32,000 nt of DNA from Pyrodictium occultum (GTDB lineage: Archaea > Thermoproteota > Thermoprotei_A > Sulfolobales > Pyrodictiaceae). Shown here piece after piece: positions 1-8,580 of this stretch (the stretch's first letter is position 1; every line of letters starts with the position of its first letter). The notes beneath the pieces were generated by a model. It was given only the letters and a program-made list of their open reading frames with translations, was not told where the DNA came from and made no database searches. The translations under genes and the position numbers were made by a program. The DNA lies in the NCBI RefSeq assembly GCF_001462395.1, contig NZ_LNTB01000001.1:960001-992000 (forward strand), in the 5' to 3' direction.

Positions 1-402
1 ACGGTTAACGTTGTCACCGTTAGGCCCGACGAGACTGCCGTGGAGGCGGCACGCAAGATGGCCGAGAACGACGTGGGCAGTGTCGTGGTCGTGGACGAGA
101 AGGGCACCATACTGGGGATAGTTACCGAGGGCGATATAGTGAGGAGGGTGGTGGCCCGGGGCCTGGACCCCTCCAAGACCCGGGTGGAGGACATAATGAC
201 CAGGAACCCGGTCACGATCTACGAGGACGCTACCCTCGCCGCTGCCGCGGAGTACATGAGGGAGAAGGGGATAGGCCACCTGCCGGTGGTGAACGAGCAC
301 GGCAGGCTCGTCGGGATAATATCGAGGAGCGATATAGTGAGGATAGCGCCTGGGCTCATCGAGATCCTCTACCTAAGGGAGGGCCGGGGAGGCGGACTCT
401 AG
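1..402 (+). CDS. CBS-domain (Bateman module) protein, 5'-truncated by the window edge
   Basis: Frame 1 is open from base 1 (TVNVVTVRPDETAVEAARKM...) and continues into track ORF 40..402. It has two CBS motifs ending GIVTEGDI and GIISRSDI. Stop is TAG at 400-402. Confidence 0.85.
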   Translation, partial: TVNVVTVRPDETAVEAARKMAENDVGSVVVVDEKGTILGIVTEGDIVRRVVARGLDPSKTRVEDIMTRNPVTIYEDATLAAAAEYMREKGIGHLPVVNEHGRLVGIISRSDIVRIAPGLIEILYLREGRGGGL

Positions 403-439
403 AGGTCCTGCAAAAGAGATTTTACTCCATTAATCATAC

Positions 440-1276
440 TTGATTCTACTAACGGTGTCGGGCCTGGAGGCACGTGTCTCAGACGCGTTCTCGCCCCGCT
501 ACCCCTACGCCCTGCCCCAGACGAGCATCGGCGAGCTGCGGCGCATGGTAAGGGAGCTGAGGCTGCGCCTAATCCCCGTGGTCTCCGACGAGAAGACCAT
601 GCGGCTCGAGGGCGTGGTCAGGAGGAGGGCCCTGCTGACGGTGACCAGCACCAGGGCGGGGGTGGCGGCTAGGGGCCTCGAGGAGGAGCCCAGGCTCCTC
701 CTCAAGCCGGGCGAGGGGCTGCGGGAGGCGGCCGGCAGGATGCTGGAGCTTGACGAGTGGTACGCCCCCGTGGTGGACGATGCGGGCAGGCTGCTCGGCG
801 TCCTGGGCCTCGAGGGGGTTATAGAGAGGCTCCTGGAGAGCGGGGAGGAGTTCCTCGAGAAGCCCGTGTCGCGGCTTATGGAGACCAGGCTCGTCTACGT
901 CGAGCCCGGGACCCCGGTCTACAAGGTGTGGCAGCTAATGCTCTCCCGCGGCTTCTCAGCCCTCCCAGTCGTTAAGGACGGCAGGCTGGTGGGCGTTGTG
1001 GCTGAGCACGACCTGCTGGCCCGCGGGTTCACGAGGCCGGACCTCGAGTCCCCCTCGGGGCTGCGGAGGGGCCCCCGCGTGGAGGAGGTGATGTCCACCC
1101 CGCCGGCCGCGGTGGAGCCCGATGCCCCCGCCGCGGAGGCTGCTAGGCTCATGCTGCGCCGGGATATAGGCAGGGTGTACGTCGTGGATGAGGAGGGCAG
1201 GCTCCTCGGGGTCGTGGATAGAAGCGATGTGGTGGCTGCGTGGCTCCGGGGCCGCCCTCGGTCCAAGGTAGTTTAA
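440..1276 (+). CDS. Stand-alone CBS-domain protein with four CBS motifs
   Basis: 278 aa. Repeated h-h-P-V-V-x(3-8)-G-x-h-G-h-h motifs (IPVVSDEK..LEGVV, APVVDDAGRLLGVL, LPVVKDGRLVGVVAEHDL, VYVVDEEGRLLGVVDRSDV). The start is TTG 440, with an alternative GTG 455. Confidence 0.8.
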   Translation: MILLTVSGLEARVSDAFSPRYPYALPQTSIGELRRMVRELRLRLIPVVSDEKTMRLEGVVRRRALLTVTSTRAGVAARGLEEEPRLLLKPGEGLREAAGRMLELDEWYAPVVDDAGRLLGVLGLEGVIERLLESGEEFLEKPVSRLMETRLVYVEPGTPVYKVWQLMLSRGFSALPVVKDGRLVGVVAEHDLLARGFTRPDLESPSGLRRGPRVEEVMSTPPAAVEPDAPAAEAARLMLRRDIGRVYVVDEEGRLLGVVDRSDVVAAWLRGRPRSKVV

Positions 1277-1350
1277 TACCATGGCCCTCGTGTAGAACCG
1301 GGATTGGGCTTGGATGCCCAGGGGAGAGGGTGCCAGGGAGGCGTTGAGCC

Positions 1351-2298
1351 GTGGGAGCGCCTAGAGCGCCCCTGCCCCCCAGGAGGCCGGAGGGTATTAG
1401 GTGGCTGAGGAGCGACGGGAAGCCGAACTTCAGCGACCGCATCCACAGGAGCGAGGGCGACGCCAAGATCCTGGCTAGGAGGCCCGTCTACACCACTACC
1501 AAGACCACCACCATACTGGGGCTGGCGGAGGATATGAGCCGCTACAGGGTAAGGGCTATGCCCGTGGTGTCGCCCAGCGACGAGAAGCTGGAGGGCATAG
1601 TCACCGCCACGGATCTCGTCAGCTACCTGGGCGGCGGCGACCTCTACAACATAGTTGTTAACAGGCACCGCGGCAACATCTTCTCCGCGCTGCTGAAGGA
1701 GCACGTCTCCTCCATCATGAACCCCAACCCCGTCTACGTAACCGTGGCGGATAAGCTGCCGAGGATACTGGAGATCATGGTTACCAGGAGCGTCGGTGTC
1801 CTACCCGTGGTGATGGAGGACGGTAGCCTCTGGGGGATCATAACCGAGCACGACCTGGTGGAGCACCTGGCCGAGAAGAGGATCGGCCGCAAAGTATCCG
1901 ACATAATGACGAGTAACGTGATAACCATAGATGCTAAGGCCACGCTGAAAGAGGCAGCCGAGACTATGATAAAGTATGGTGTCAGGAGACTGCCCATAGT
2001 AGAGGGCGGCAAGCTCTGGGGCATGATAACGGCGAAGGATATCGTACGCTTCTTCGGCAGCCACGACGTCTTCCGCTACATGGAGGGCGATAGCATGGAG
2101 GAGGCGCTAAGGGCCCCGGTGAAGCTCGTCGGGCTCAGCGGCTACGTTACTGTTAGCCCCGACGCGGACGCCGGCGACGCGGCGACCCTGATGAGGGAGA
2201 AGGGTGTCAGTAGCCTCCTGGTGGTGAAGGACGGCGAGCTAGTGGGCATAGTTACTGAGAGGGACATACTCTACGCCCTCGCCACGCAGCCCTCCTAG
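1351..2298 (+). CDS. Stand-alone CBS-domain protein with four CBS motifs and a basic N-terminal extension
   Basis: 315 aa with motifs MPVVSPSDEKLEGIVTATDL, LPVVMEDGSLWGIITEHDL, LPIVEGGKLWGMITAKDI and LLVVKDGELVGIVTERDI. GTG 1351 is the only in-frame start before the first CBS motif. A T5 tract follows at 2337-2341. Confidence 0.8.
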   Translation: MGAPRAPLPPRRPEGIRWLRSDGKPNFSDRIHRSEGDAKILARRPVYTTTKTTTILGLAEDMSRYRVRAMPVVSPSDEKLEGIVTATDLVSYLGGGDLYNIVVNRHRGNIFSALLKEHVSSIMNPNPVYVTVADKLPRILEIMVTRSVGVLPVVMEDGSLWGIITEHDLVEHLAEKRIGRKVSDIMTSNVITIDAKATLKEAAETMIKYGVRRLPIVEGGKLWGMITAKDIVRFFGSHDVFRYMEGDSMEEALRAPVKLVGLSGYVTVSPDADAGDAATLMREKGVSSLLVVKDGELVGIVTERDILYALATQPS

Positions 2299-2336
2299 AG
2301 GGGCGGAGGGCCCCAGGGCTCTCAATCCTCACCAGA

Positions 2337-2341
2337 TTTTT
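2337..2341 (+). terminator. T5 tract after the third CBS gene
   Basis: TTTTT lies 39 nt after stop 2298. It suggests the CBS array is not necessarily a single transcript. Confidence 0.3.
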
Positions 2342-2388
2342 GCCCGGGCACGTGTCATCCCATACCCGTATAGAGCTGGGTTGGAGCA

Positions 2389-3222
2389 ATGTCGTATCCC
2401 AGGATAGCGGACTACATGTCCTCCCCCGTCGTGGCTGTTAGGCCCGGGGATAGCCTCGCCCACGCCAGGAGGCTTATGATACGCCACCGGGTCGGAAGGC
2501 TCGTGGTGGTTGACGAGGCCGAGAAGCCCGTGGGAGTGGTCACAAAGGCTGACTTCCTCAAGCTGGCCTCCAGGAGGCTCCGGGGCAGGCCTCTCGACTC
2601 CATACCGGTCGCCGAGGTAATGACCAGGGAGCCTGTCGTGGCTAAGCCTGGCTGGCCCCTCCGGGAGGCCGCGAGGCTAATGCTCCAGCACGGCATTGGC
2701 GGGCTGCCGGTGGTCGGCGAGGACGGGAGGCTCGTGGGGATAATAACCAAGACCGACGTGGTGAGGGCCTACGCCGAGAGGCTCCGGGGCAGAGGCCGGG
2801 CCGGGGACTACATGTACAGCGACGCGCCGAGAGCCTCTCCTAGCCATAGCCTGGCCTACGTGGTGGAGCTGCTTGAGGGCCATCCCTCCCGCCGCGTGCT
2901 AGTGGTGGACGGCGGGAGGCTTGTAGGGATAATAGCGCCGAGCGACATAGCGTTCGCCTCCCCGGCCGCCGCTCTCGAGGAGAAGAAGAGGATTCGCCGG
3001 TTCGCCGAGCTGCCTAAGGGCAGGCTTGGCCCCGTCTACGAGCCCCTACTGCCCACGGCCGAGGACGTGATGACTCGGGACCCGGTCTCGGTCGCCCCGG
3101 AGAGCGACCTGGCCGAGGCGGCCGGGCTCATGATAGAGCACGGGTTCAGCTCTGTGCCCGTAGTGGAGGAGGGGGCTCCTCTGGGCGTAGTGGTCAAGCA
3201 TAATATCTTGAGGGCGATATAA
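2389..3222 (+). CDS. Stand-alone CBS-domain protein with four CBS motifs
   Basis: 277 aa with an ATG start. Motifs are LVVVDEAEKPVGVVTKADF, LPVVGEDGRLVGIITKTDV, VLVVDGGRLVGIIAPSDI and VPVVEEGAPLGVVVKHNI. Confidence 0.85.
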   Translation: MSYPRIADYMSSPVVAVRPGDSLAHARRLMIRHRVGRLVVVDEAEKPVGVVTKADFLKLASRRLRGRPLDSIPVAEVMTREPVVAKPGWPLREAARLMLQHGIGGLPVVGEDGRLVGIITKTDVVRAYAERLRGRGRAGDYMYSDAPRASPSHSLAYVVELLEGHPSRRVLVVDGGRLVGIIAPSDIAFASPAAALEEKKRIRRFAELPKGRLGPVYEPLLPTAEDVMTRDPVSVAPESDLAEAAGLMIEHGFSSVPVVEEGAPLGVVVKHNILRAI

Positions 3223-3289
3223 GAGGCCTAGGAGGCCTCGAGGCTTCCCGCGCCTCGTGGACGACGTGCAGTGCTGGAGGCGTACCGGG

Positions 3290-4099
3290 ATGGTGGAGTG
3301 GAAGGCCCGTGATATAATGAATACACGGTACCCGGCCGTGGATAAGGACGAGACCCTAGAGCAGGCCGTGAGGGTTATGAGGAAGCATGATAGCGACAGG
3401 GTGCTCGCATTCGAGGACGAGAAGCTCGTGGGCATAATGACGAAGAAGGATATAATGATGAAGCTGGCTACGCTGCGGACCCGCAACCTGGTGGTGGGGA
3501 GGCTCCACGTCTCGAGCTTCATGACGCCCGACCCGAAGACCGCTGGCCCGGAGGAGGATGCCGCGAGCATAGCGCAGAGGATGATAGAGGAGGGCGTGGG
3601 GAGCTTCCCCGTTGTTGAGGGCGACAGGGTTGTTGGCCTCATAACGCGCTGGGAGGTGGCGAGGCTCGTCCACGAGCTGGCCCCGGATGTGAAGGCAGTG
3701 GATGTTATGGTTACCGTGCCGGAGGTGCTGAGGACCACTAACAAGGTGCTCCACGCCAGGCAGCTGCTGCTGCGCTACAACATACTCTTCCTACCGGTGC
3801 TCGACGAGGAGGGGAGGCTTGTGGGATACGTAACCGCCGACGAGGTTGCCGACGCCTTCCTAGCCTTCCACGACATAGTGCCGGAGAAGTACCGCAAGGA
3901 GCGTATAGAGCACCTGCTGGTGGACGACATAATAAGGCTGAGGCCGCCCACGGTGTCCCCGGACAGCAGCGTGGCTGAGGCTCTCGAGAAGATGGAGGCT
4001 AAGAAGTCTAAGGGGGCCGTGGTCGTGCACGAGGGCAGGCTGGTGGGCATAATTACTCTGAACGAGCTCGTAAAGCTCGTGGCTTCCAGGGGCCGCTAG
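3290..4099 (+). CDS. Stand-alone CBS-domain protein with four CBS motifs
   Basis: Motifs are VLAFEDEKLVGIMTKKDI, FPVVEGDRVVGLITRWEV, LPVLDEEGRLVGYVTADEV and AVVVHEGRLVGIITLNEL. I prefer ATG 3290 (MVEWKARDIMNTRYPAV) because it gives a typical CBS N-terminus. The track start GTG 3257 is an alternative. Confidence 0.8.
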   Translation: MVEWKARDIMNTRYPAVDKDETLEQAVRVMRKHDSDRVLAFEDEKLVGIMTKKDIMMKLATLRTRNLVVGRLHVSSFMTPDPKTAGPEEDAASIAQRMIEEGVGSFPVVEGDRVVGLITRWEVARLVHELAPDVKAVDVMVTVPEVLRTTNKVLHARQLLLRYNILFLPVLDEEGRLVGYVTADEVADAFLAFHDIVPEKYRKERIEHLLVDDIIRLRPPTVSPDSSVAEALEKMEAKKSKGAVVVHEGRLVGIITLNELVKLVASRGR

Positions 4100-4207
4100 C
4101 CTCTCGAAGGGTTTCTTCCCGGGCCGGGGCCGCCCCTCCCCCCGGAGCGCCTAGACGTTATACACCCCGCAGCTGCTAGCGACCAGGCCTCCCGGGGCGC
4201 TGCAGAG

Positions 4208-4732
4208 TTGGCGCCAAGGCTCGAGGCGAGGCTAAGGGCCGCCAGGTTCATAGTGGACTCTATGCTGGGGAACCTGGCCCGCTGGCTCCGCATGATGGGC
4301 TGCGACACGCTGTACGCCAGGGGCTGGCACGACTCCAGGATACTCGAGGAGGCCGAGAAGAGCCGCCGAATAATAGTGACGAGGGACCGCGGGCTCTACA
4401 ACCGTGCCAGGCGCCGGGGCCTCGAAGCCGTGCTGGTGGGCGAGGACCTGGCCAGGGCGCTGGCCCTGATAAGCCTGCGCTACGGCGTCCCTCTGGAGGT
4501 AGACCCGGGGAGGAGCAGGTGCCCCGTCTGCAACAGCCCCCTGCGGCTGGCCTCCAGGGAGGAGGTCAGGGGGAGGGTGCCGCCGAGGGTTTACGAGTCC
4601 TACACCGAGTTCTGGGTCTGCACGGGCTGCGGCCAGGTCTACTGGAGGGGCGGCCACTGGAGAGGGATAGAGAGGACGCTCGGGGAGGCGAGGCGCTGGG
4701 CCGAGAGGCTCAGGGAGAGCAGGCGGCGGTGA
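4208..4732 (+). CDS. Mut7-C / DUF82-type PIN-like RNase with a C-terminal Zn ribbon
   Basis: The N-terminus FIVDSMLGNLARWLRMMGCDTLY is typical of the Mut7-C RNase domain. The C-terminus carries CPVCNSPL ... CTGCGQVYWRGGHW, a CxxC...CxxC ribbon followed by the W-x-G-x-H-W tail. The start is TTG. Confidence 0.8.
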   Translation: MAPRLEARLRAARFIVDSMLGNLARWLRMMGCDTLYARGWHDSRILEEAEKSRRIIVTRDRGLYNRARRRGLEAVLVGEDLARALALISLRYGVPLEVDPGRSRCPVCNSPLRLASREEVRGRVPPRVYESYTEFWVCTGCGQVYWRGGHWRGIERTLGEARRWAERLRESRRR

Positions 4733-4895
4733 GCGATCGAGGGCCTCAGCACCCCTCTCCGGCTAAGCCGCGTTTGCAGTCCCCATCCCGCCGCCGGGGC
4801 TATCTAGCCCCTGGAGGCCTGCTCTAATTAGCTAACGTCTCCCGGTCCATGAGCCTAGAGAGGCCTGCCAGCAGCGTGGGGAGCGTGGAGCAGGA

Positions 4896-5600
4896 ATGAA
4901 TATCCTCGGGTCCCTCGAGTTGCTGACGGCGGGTTACGGCGCAGCAATCGGCGCCTTCCTGACAGCGTTCGTAAGCAACGCCATCCCGTACATGACTGTG
5001 CCCTACCTAGTGGTTATAGCCGGCTACGGCGCCGCCCTCAACAGCGTCTACGAGAAGATCCTCGTCGCCCTCGCCGGCGGGCTGGGGGCCGGCCTGGGCA
5101 AGGTCGTAGTCTACATGCTCGGCCGCGGCGTCCACCAGGTGCTCCCCGAGCGGGCGCGGGAGAACGTGGAGCTGTTCGCCCATGTCTTCAGCAAGGGCAT
5201 GTTTATAGCCATATTCCTCTTTGCCGCCCTCCCGCTCCCCGATGACGTGCTCTACATACCCGTCGGCGTGGCCGGCTACAACCCTCTCCTCTTCTTCATA
5301 GCTGTGACGCTGGGCAAGATAATCATAACGTCGCTGGCCGTCCTCCTCGGCAACGTGGTGGCCTCACTCACGGGCTCCGAGGGGGGCTTCAACCCCGAGA
5401 CAATAGCCGGGCTCATAGTGGCCAGCATAATAGTGTCGATAGTCATAGTGAGGATGAACTGGAATAAGATAATAGAAGTCTATGACGAGAAGGGCGTGAT
5501 ACCCGCGTTCATAGAGATGATCAAGCAGGCCTTCCTAGCCCTACTCCCGGTCCGCAGCCCGGCATGGGGAGGGCGGCCGCCTAGGCGGTCCACAAGGTAG
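4896..5600 (+). CDS. Polytopic membrane protein, DedA / VTT (SNARE-associated) family-like
   Basis: 234 aa with several hydrophobic helices. It has a GxxxG-rich segment (ALAGGLGAGLGKVVVYMLGRG) and ALPLPDDVLYIPVGVAGY, resembling the VTT-domain re-entrant motif. The family assignment is from memory of the motif only. Confidence 0.55.
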   Translation: MNILGSLELLTAGYGAAIGAFLTAFVSNAIPYMTVPYLVVIAGYGAALNSVYEKILVALAGGLGAGLGKVVVYMLGRGVHQVLPERARENVELFAHVFSKGMFIAIFLFAALPLPDDVLYIPVGVAGYNPLLFFIAVTLGKIIITSLAVLLGNVVASLTGSEGGFNPETIAGLIVASIIVSIVIVRMNWNKIIEVYDEKGVIPAFIEMIKQAFLALLPVRSPAWGGRPPRRSTR

Positions 5601-6229
5601 TCGGCGAGCACGAGCGCGAGGCCGGCCAGCGAGACGGCCAGGAGCAGCCCGGCGCCGCGCCCCCGGCTCCCCGGGCGCCCCGCGTGCCGCGCCCCACCGC
5701 TCTCCGTGGACCCGTTCCCCGCCGCCGGCCCGCTCCCCACCCCTCCCTGGGGGAGGGGCCCGCCGAAGGGGATGCGGATACCGGTCTGGTTGAGCAGCCT
5801 CAGAAGGGGCTCCAGGGGCTCCGTTAAGGGGGTCTCGTTGGCCTCCTCGCCGGCCTCGGGGAGGCTCGGCGGGGGTGGAGGGGCTGGTGGGCTCACCATG
5901 AACACCCGCCGGCAGGCGCCGGACCCGGCGATGATCTCTAGGCTCTCGCCGAGCGGGATAGCGGGCTCCGTGTAGGCGGCTATGCAGGTGGCGTTGAGCC
6001 TCTCGACGTGGAGGGGCACCGGTATGGGGCCCATCCTGGCCTCCAGCCTGGGGGCCTGCCCGCCCGCCGTGCACACCGTCACGAGCACCCTATAGCCCAT
6101 GGCCACGCCCGGCATCGGCTCCACTAGCAGGGTCTTCACGTCCACGTGGAGGCCGCAGCCCGCCCTCGCCGCGGCGGAGGCCAGCAGCCCGATAAGCATG
6201 GAGACGCCCAGAGCGGCGGGTGCCTGCAA
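5480..6229 (-). CDS. Hypothetical secreted, C-terminally membrane-anchored protein
   Basis: 249 aa. It has an N-terminal hydrophobic signal-like segment (ALGVSMLIGLLASAAA), a PPAPPPPPS linker and four N-x-S/T sequons (NAT, NET, NQT, NGS). A C-terminal TM helix (LLLAVSLAGLALVLA) is followed by a basic tail. Codon usage (AGG, ATA, GC-rich third positions) matches neighbouring genes. Confidence 0.55.
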   Translation of the reverse strand: MQAPAALGVSMLIGLLASAAARAGCGLHVDVKTLLVEPMPGVAMGYRVLVTVCTAGGQAPRLEARMGPIPVPLHVERLNATCIAAYTEPAIPLGESLEIIAGSGACRRVFMVSPPAPPPPPSLPEAGEEANETPLTEPLEPLLRLLNQTGIRIPFGGPLPQGGVGSGPAAGNGSTESGGARHAGRPGSRGRGAGLLLAVSLAGLALVLADYLVDRLGGRPPHAGLRTGSRARKACLIISMNAGITPFSS

Positions 6230-6330
6230 GACACCACCTTCCGCGAGGGTCTCCCGGAGGCCAGGGCTCTTCTATCCTTGCCCCCTCATGCCTCCCGGCG
6301 CGTGCCAGAGGGCGGCGCCGCGGGGGCCTC

Positions 6331-8487
6331 CTAGCCCGGCTCCCCGCTCTGGGCGGGGCCCGCGAGCAGCTCCAGGGCCCTGCGCAGGGCCCTCCTGGCC
6401 TCCTGCAGGGGGATGCGCAGCCCCGCCACTATGTCGCTCATGGTCTTCCCCTGCAGCACCCTGGCCGCCAGGACTAGGCGCTCCCGCTGCTCCAGCGGGG
6501 TGCCCCAGAGGCCCCCGCGGCGGAGCAGGTGGTTGACCAGGAGGAGCCAGAGGGCGTCGAGCACGGCCTCCACATCCAGCACCCCCTTGAGGGCGAGCTC
6601 TAGCCGGCGGCGCTGCGCCGGGCTAGGGTCTGCGAGGGCGTCCTGGGCCAGCCCGGGGGAGCCCTGGAGCAGCTCCACGTAGGCCTCGACGGGGAGGCCG
6701 CGGTAGAGGCTGTGGCCCGCCAGGAGGAGGCGGCGGAGCAGGTCCCTCGCCGCCGTGAGCACCAGCTCCCTGCCCAGGCTGGTGAGGGGCTTCGCCACCG
6801 CTATGTTGTGCTCGCCGGTCGCCCTGCTGGGGAGGGGTGAGACGTAGACTGCCTGGAACCCGTTACGCCTCCAGAAGCCTAGGACACCGGGCCGGCCGAA
6901 GACCGCGCCCAGCCAGTCGGCGCCCACCTCCCTCGCCCTCTCCTCTATGTAGCGGAGCAGCGTGGAGCCGAGCCCCCGGCGCTGGAGACTGGGGTGGACG
7001 GCTATCCTCACTATCCTGACCCCCCGGGCCTTCTCGGCCAGGGGGCTCGACTGGGCCAGGAGGTCTGGCATTATCCTCGCCTCGTAGGCAGTGTCCCAGC
7101 TCTCCAGCGAGGCGTCGGCAACAGCCACCGGGGTGCCGTCGGCGAGGAGGGCGTAGAGCCTGTGGTGGGGCGCGTCGAGGATCAACGCTAGGTCGTCGGG
7201 CTCGTTGCGGTAGTGGGCCTGCACCAGCAGCCCGTAGACAAGCCTGAGCGCCTCATAGTCGTCGGCCAGCCTCATGCGGTCAAGCTCCACCGGCTCCAGC
7301 CTGGCCGGGGGCCAGGGCGGGGGCTCGCCGGGCTCGGCGCGGAGGAGGAAGGTCTCGTAGACCCACTCCTCCAGCGGGTCCCCCGGCGGGTAGCGGACGG
7401 GGTGCTCGAGCCTCACCACCAGCCTGGGCTCGGGGAGGATCTCCTCCACCATCCTGGCGAGCACCCTGCCGCTGCCCTCGTAGCCGTGTATCGTTGTGGC
7501 TGCTAGCAGCCTCGGGCTCCTGGAGGCTATGCGGCGGAGCCGGAGCGGCCTCAGCGCCGCGGCCTCGTCCACTATCGTGAAGGCGCCGGGCTCCACCCTG
7601 TCCGGGGTGTGGTAGCGGAAGTGGAACCAGGGGCCCGCGACGCCTAGTACGAGGCCTCCCCTCTCTACCCTCCAGTGCCTGGCCCCGAGCCGGTCGAGCG
7701 CCTCGTCGAGCACCCTGAAGAGGCTCTGCACCGCCTCCGGCCGGGGCGCGGTGACTGGGACGAAGCCCACCATCCTGCTGGCGGCCAGGTACGCCGCGGC
7801 CAGCCCCAGCAACCCGGACTTGCCGCGGCCCCTGTCCCCGGTGACCAGGACGCTCCTGCCGCGGGAGCGGAAGTGGAGGACTATCTCGTCCAGCGCCCGG
7901 GCCTGGTCGAGGGTCGCCGCCGCCTCTAGGAGCCTGCGGTGGACTGGGCTCCTCGCCTGGTAGCCCTGGGGCCCCGGCGGCCCCCGGGCGCGGCCGCCGG
8001 GCAGGGCCTCGCGGTAGACTATGCCCCTGTCGTAGTCGGCCCAGAATATGGACCTGGCCGCGGCCAGCCGGTTGAGGAGGTAGCGGCGGTAGGCCCCGGT
8101 GCCCGCGCCCCCGGGGCTCCACTCCTCGGGCGGCGGGAGCGCCAGGGCCAGCACCCCTCCCCCGCGCACCGTCTCGGCCGCGGCTGCGAGGAGGTTGGGG
8201 CGGAGCAGCCTTGGGATGAGGAGCACCACTGCATCGTTCTCGGTGCCCAGCAGCCTGTCTATGGCCCCGGGGCTCTCGAGCCTCTCGCAGTCGCCGCGGA
8301 GGAGGGGGCGGTACTCCCCCGGGGCGATGCAGGTGACGTGGCTGTAGCTCTCCCCAAGCAGCCTGGCCAGGAGCCCGGCCGCGTAGACCGGGGAGGCGGA
8401 GTGGACTAGGGCGAGGCCCCGGTAGCCGCTGGCCCGCAGCTCATCCAGCCAGCCGCGGAGCGCCGTTGAGACGCCTACACGCGGCAC
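6331..8487 (-). CDS. tmcA: tRNA(Met) cytidine acetyltransferase (TmcA / Nat10-type RNA ac4C acetyltransferase)
   Basis: Walker A VLVTGDRGRGKSG, helicase-domain motif TIHGYEGSGRVL, and GNAT acetyl-CoA motif RIVRIAVHPSLQRRGLGSTLL followed by a helical tRNA-binding tail. The track ORF runs to 9405, but residues 1-306 are antisense to the M42 peptidase. I place the start at in-frame GTG 8487 (VPRVGVSTALRGWLDELRASGYRG...). The start position is less certain than the gene identity. Confidence 0.85.
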   Translation of the reverse strand: MPRVGVSTALRGWLDELRASGYRGLALVHSASPVYAAGLLARLLGESYSHVTCIAPGEYRPLLRGDCERLESPGAIDRLLGTENDAVVLLIPRLLRPNLLAAAAETVRGGGVLALALPPPEEWSPGGAGTGAYRRYLLNRLAAARSIFWADYDRGIVYREALPGGRARGPPGPQGYQARSPVHRRLLEAAATLDQARALDEIVLHFRSRGRSVLVTGDRGRGKSGLLGLAAAYLAASRMVGFVPVTAPRPEAVQSLFRVLDEALDRLGARHWRVERGGLVLGVAGPWFHFRYHTPDRVEPGAFTIVDEAAALRPLRLRRIASRSPRLLAATTIHGYEGSGRVLARMVEEILPEPRLVVRLEHPVRYPPGDPLEEWVYETFLLRAEPGEPPPWPPARLEPVELDRMRLADDYEALRLVYGLLVQAHYRNEPDDLALILDAPHHRLYALLADGTPVAVADASLESWDTAYEARIMPDLLAQSSPLAEKARGVRIVRIAVHPSLQRRGLGSTLLRYIEERAREVGADWLGAVFGRPGVLGFWRRNGFQAVYVSPLPSRATGEHNIAVAKPLTSLGRELVLTAARDLLRRLLLAGHSLYRGLPVEAYVELLQGSPGLAQDALADPSPAQRRRLELALKGVLDVEAVLDALWLLLVNHLLRRGGLWGTPLEQRERLVLAARVLQGKTMSDIVAGLRIPLQEARRALRRALELLAGPAQSGEPG

Positions 8488-8580
8488 TCCTACCCTCCCT
8501 TCCCCGGGGGCCCCTGGGGGCGCGGGCCGGCATAATAGGCTCGGGCCCCGGCCTGGGGAGGCCTGGAGGCCCTGGGAGCC

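Noticed and set aside
3046-3744. Long alternative-frame and antisense ORFs. Examples are 3046..3744(-), 6099..6536(+), 7280..8122(-), 9424..10410(-), 10641..11831(+), 12128..12913(-), 13594..13977(-), 14048..14551(-) and 27052..27738(-).
   Set aside because: All lie inside or opposite genes with clear family signatures. Their translations are dominated by R/P/G/A/S/H runs without motifs. They are typical shadow ORFs of high-GC genomes. I treated none as overprinted genes.
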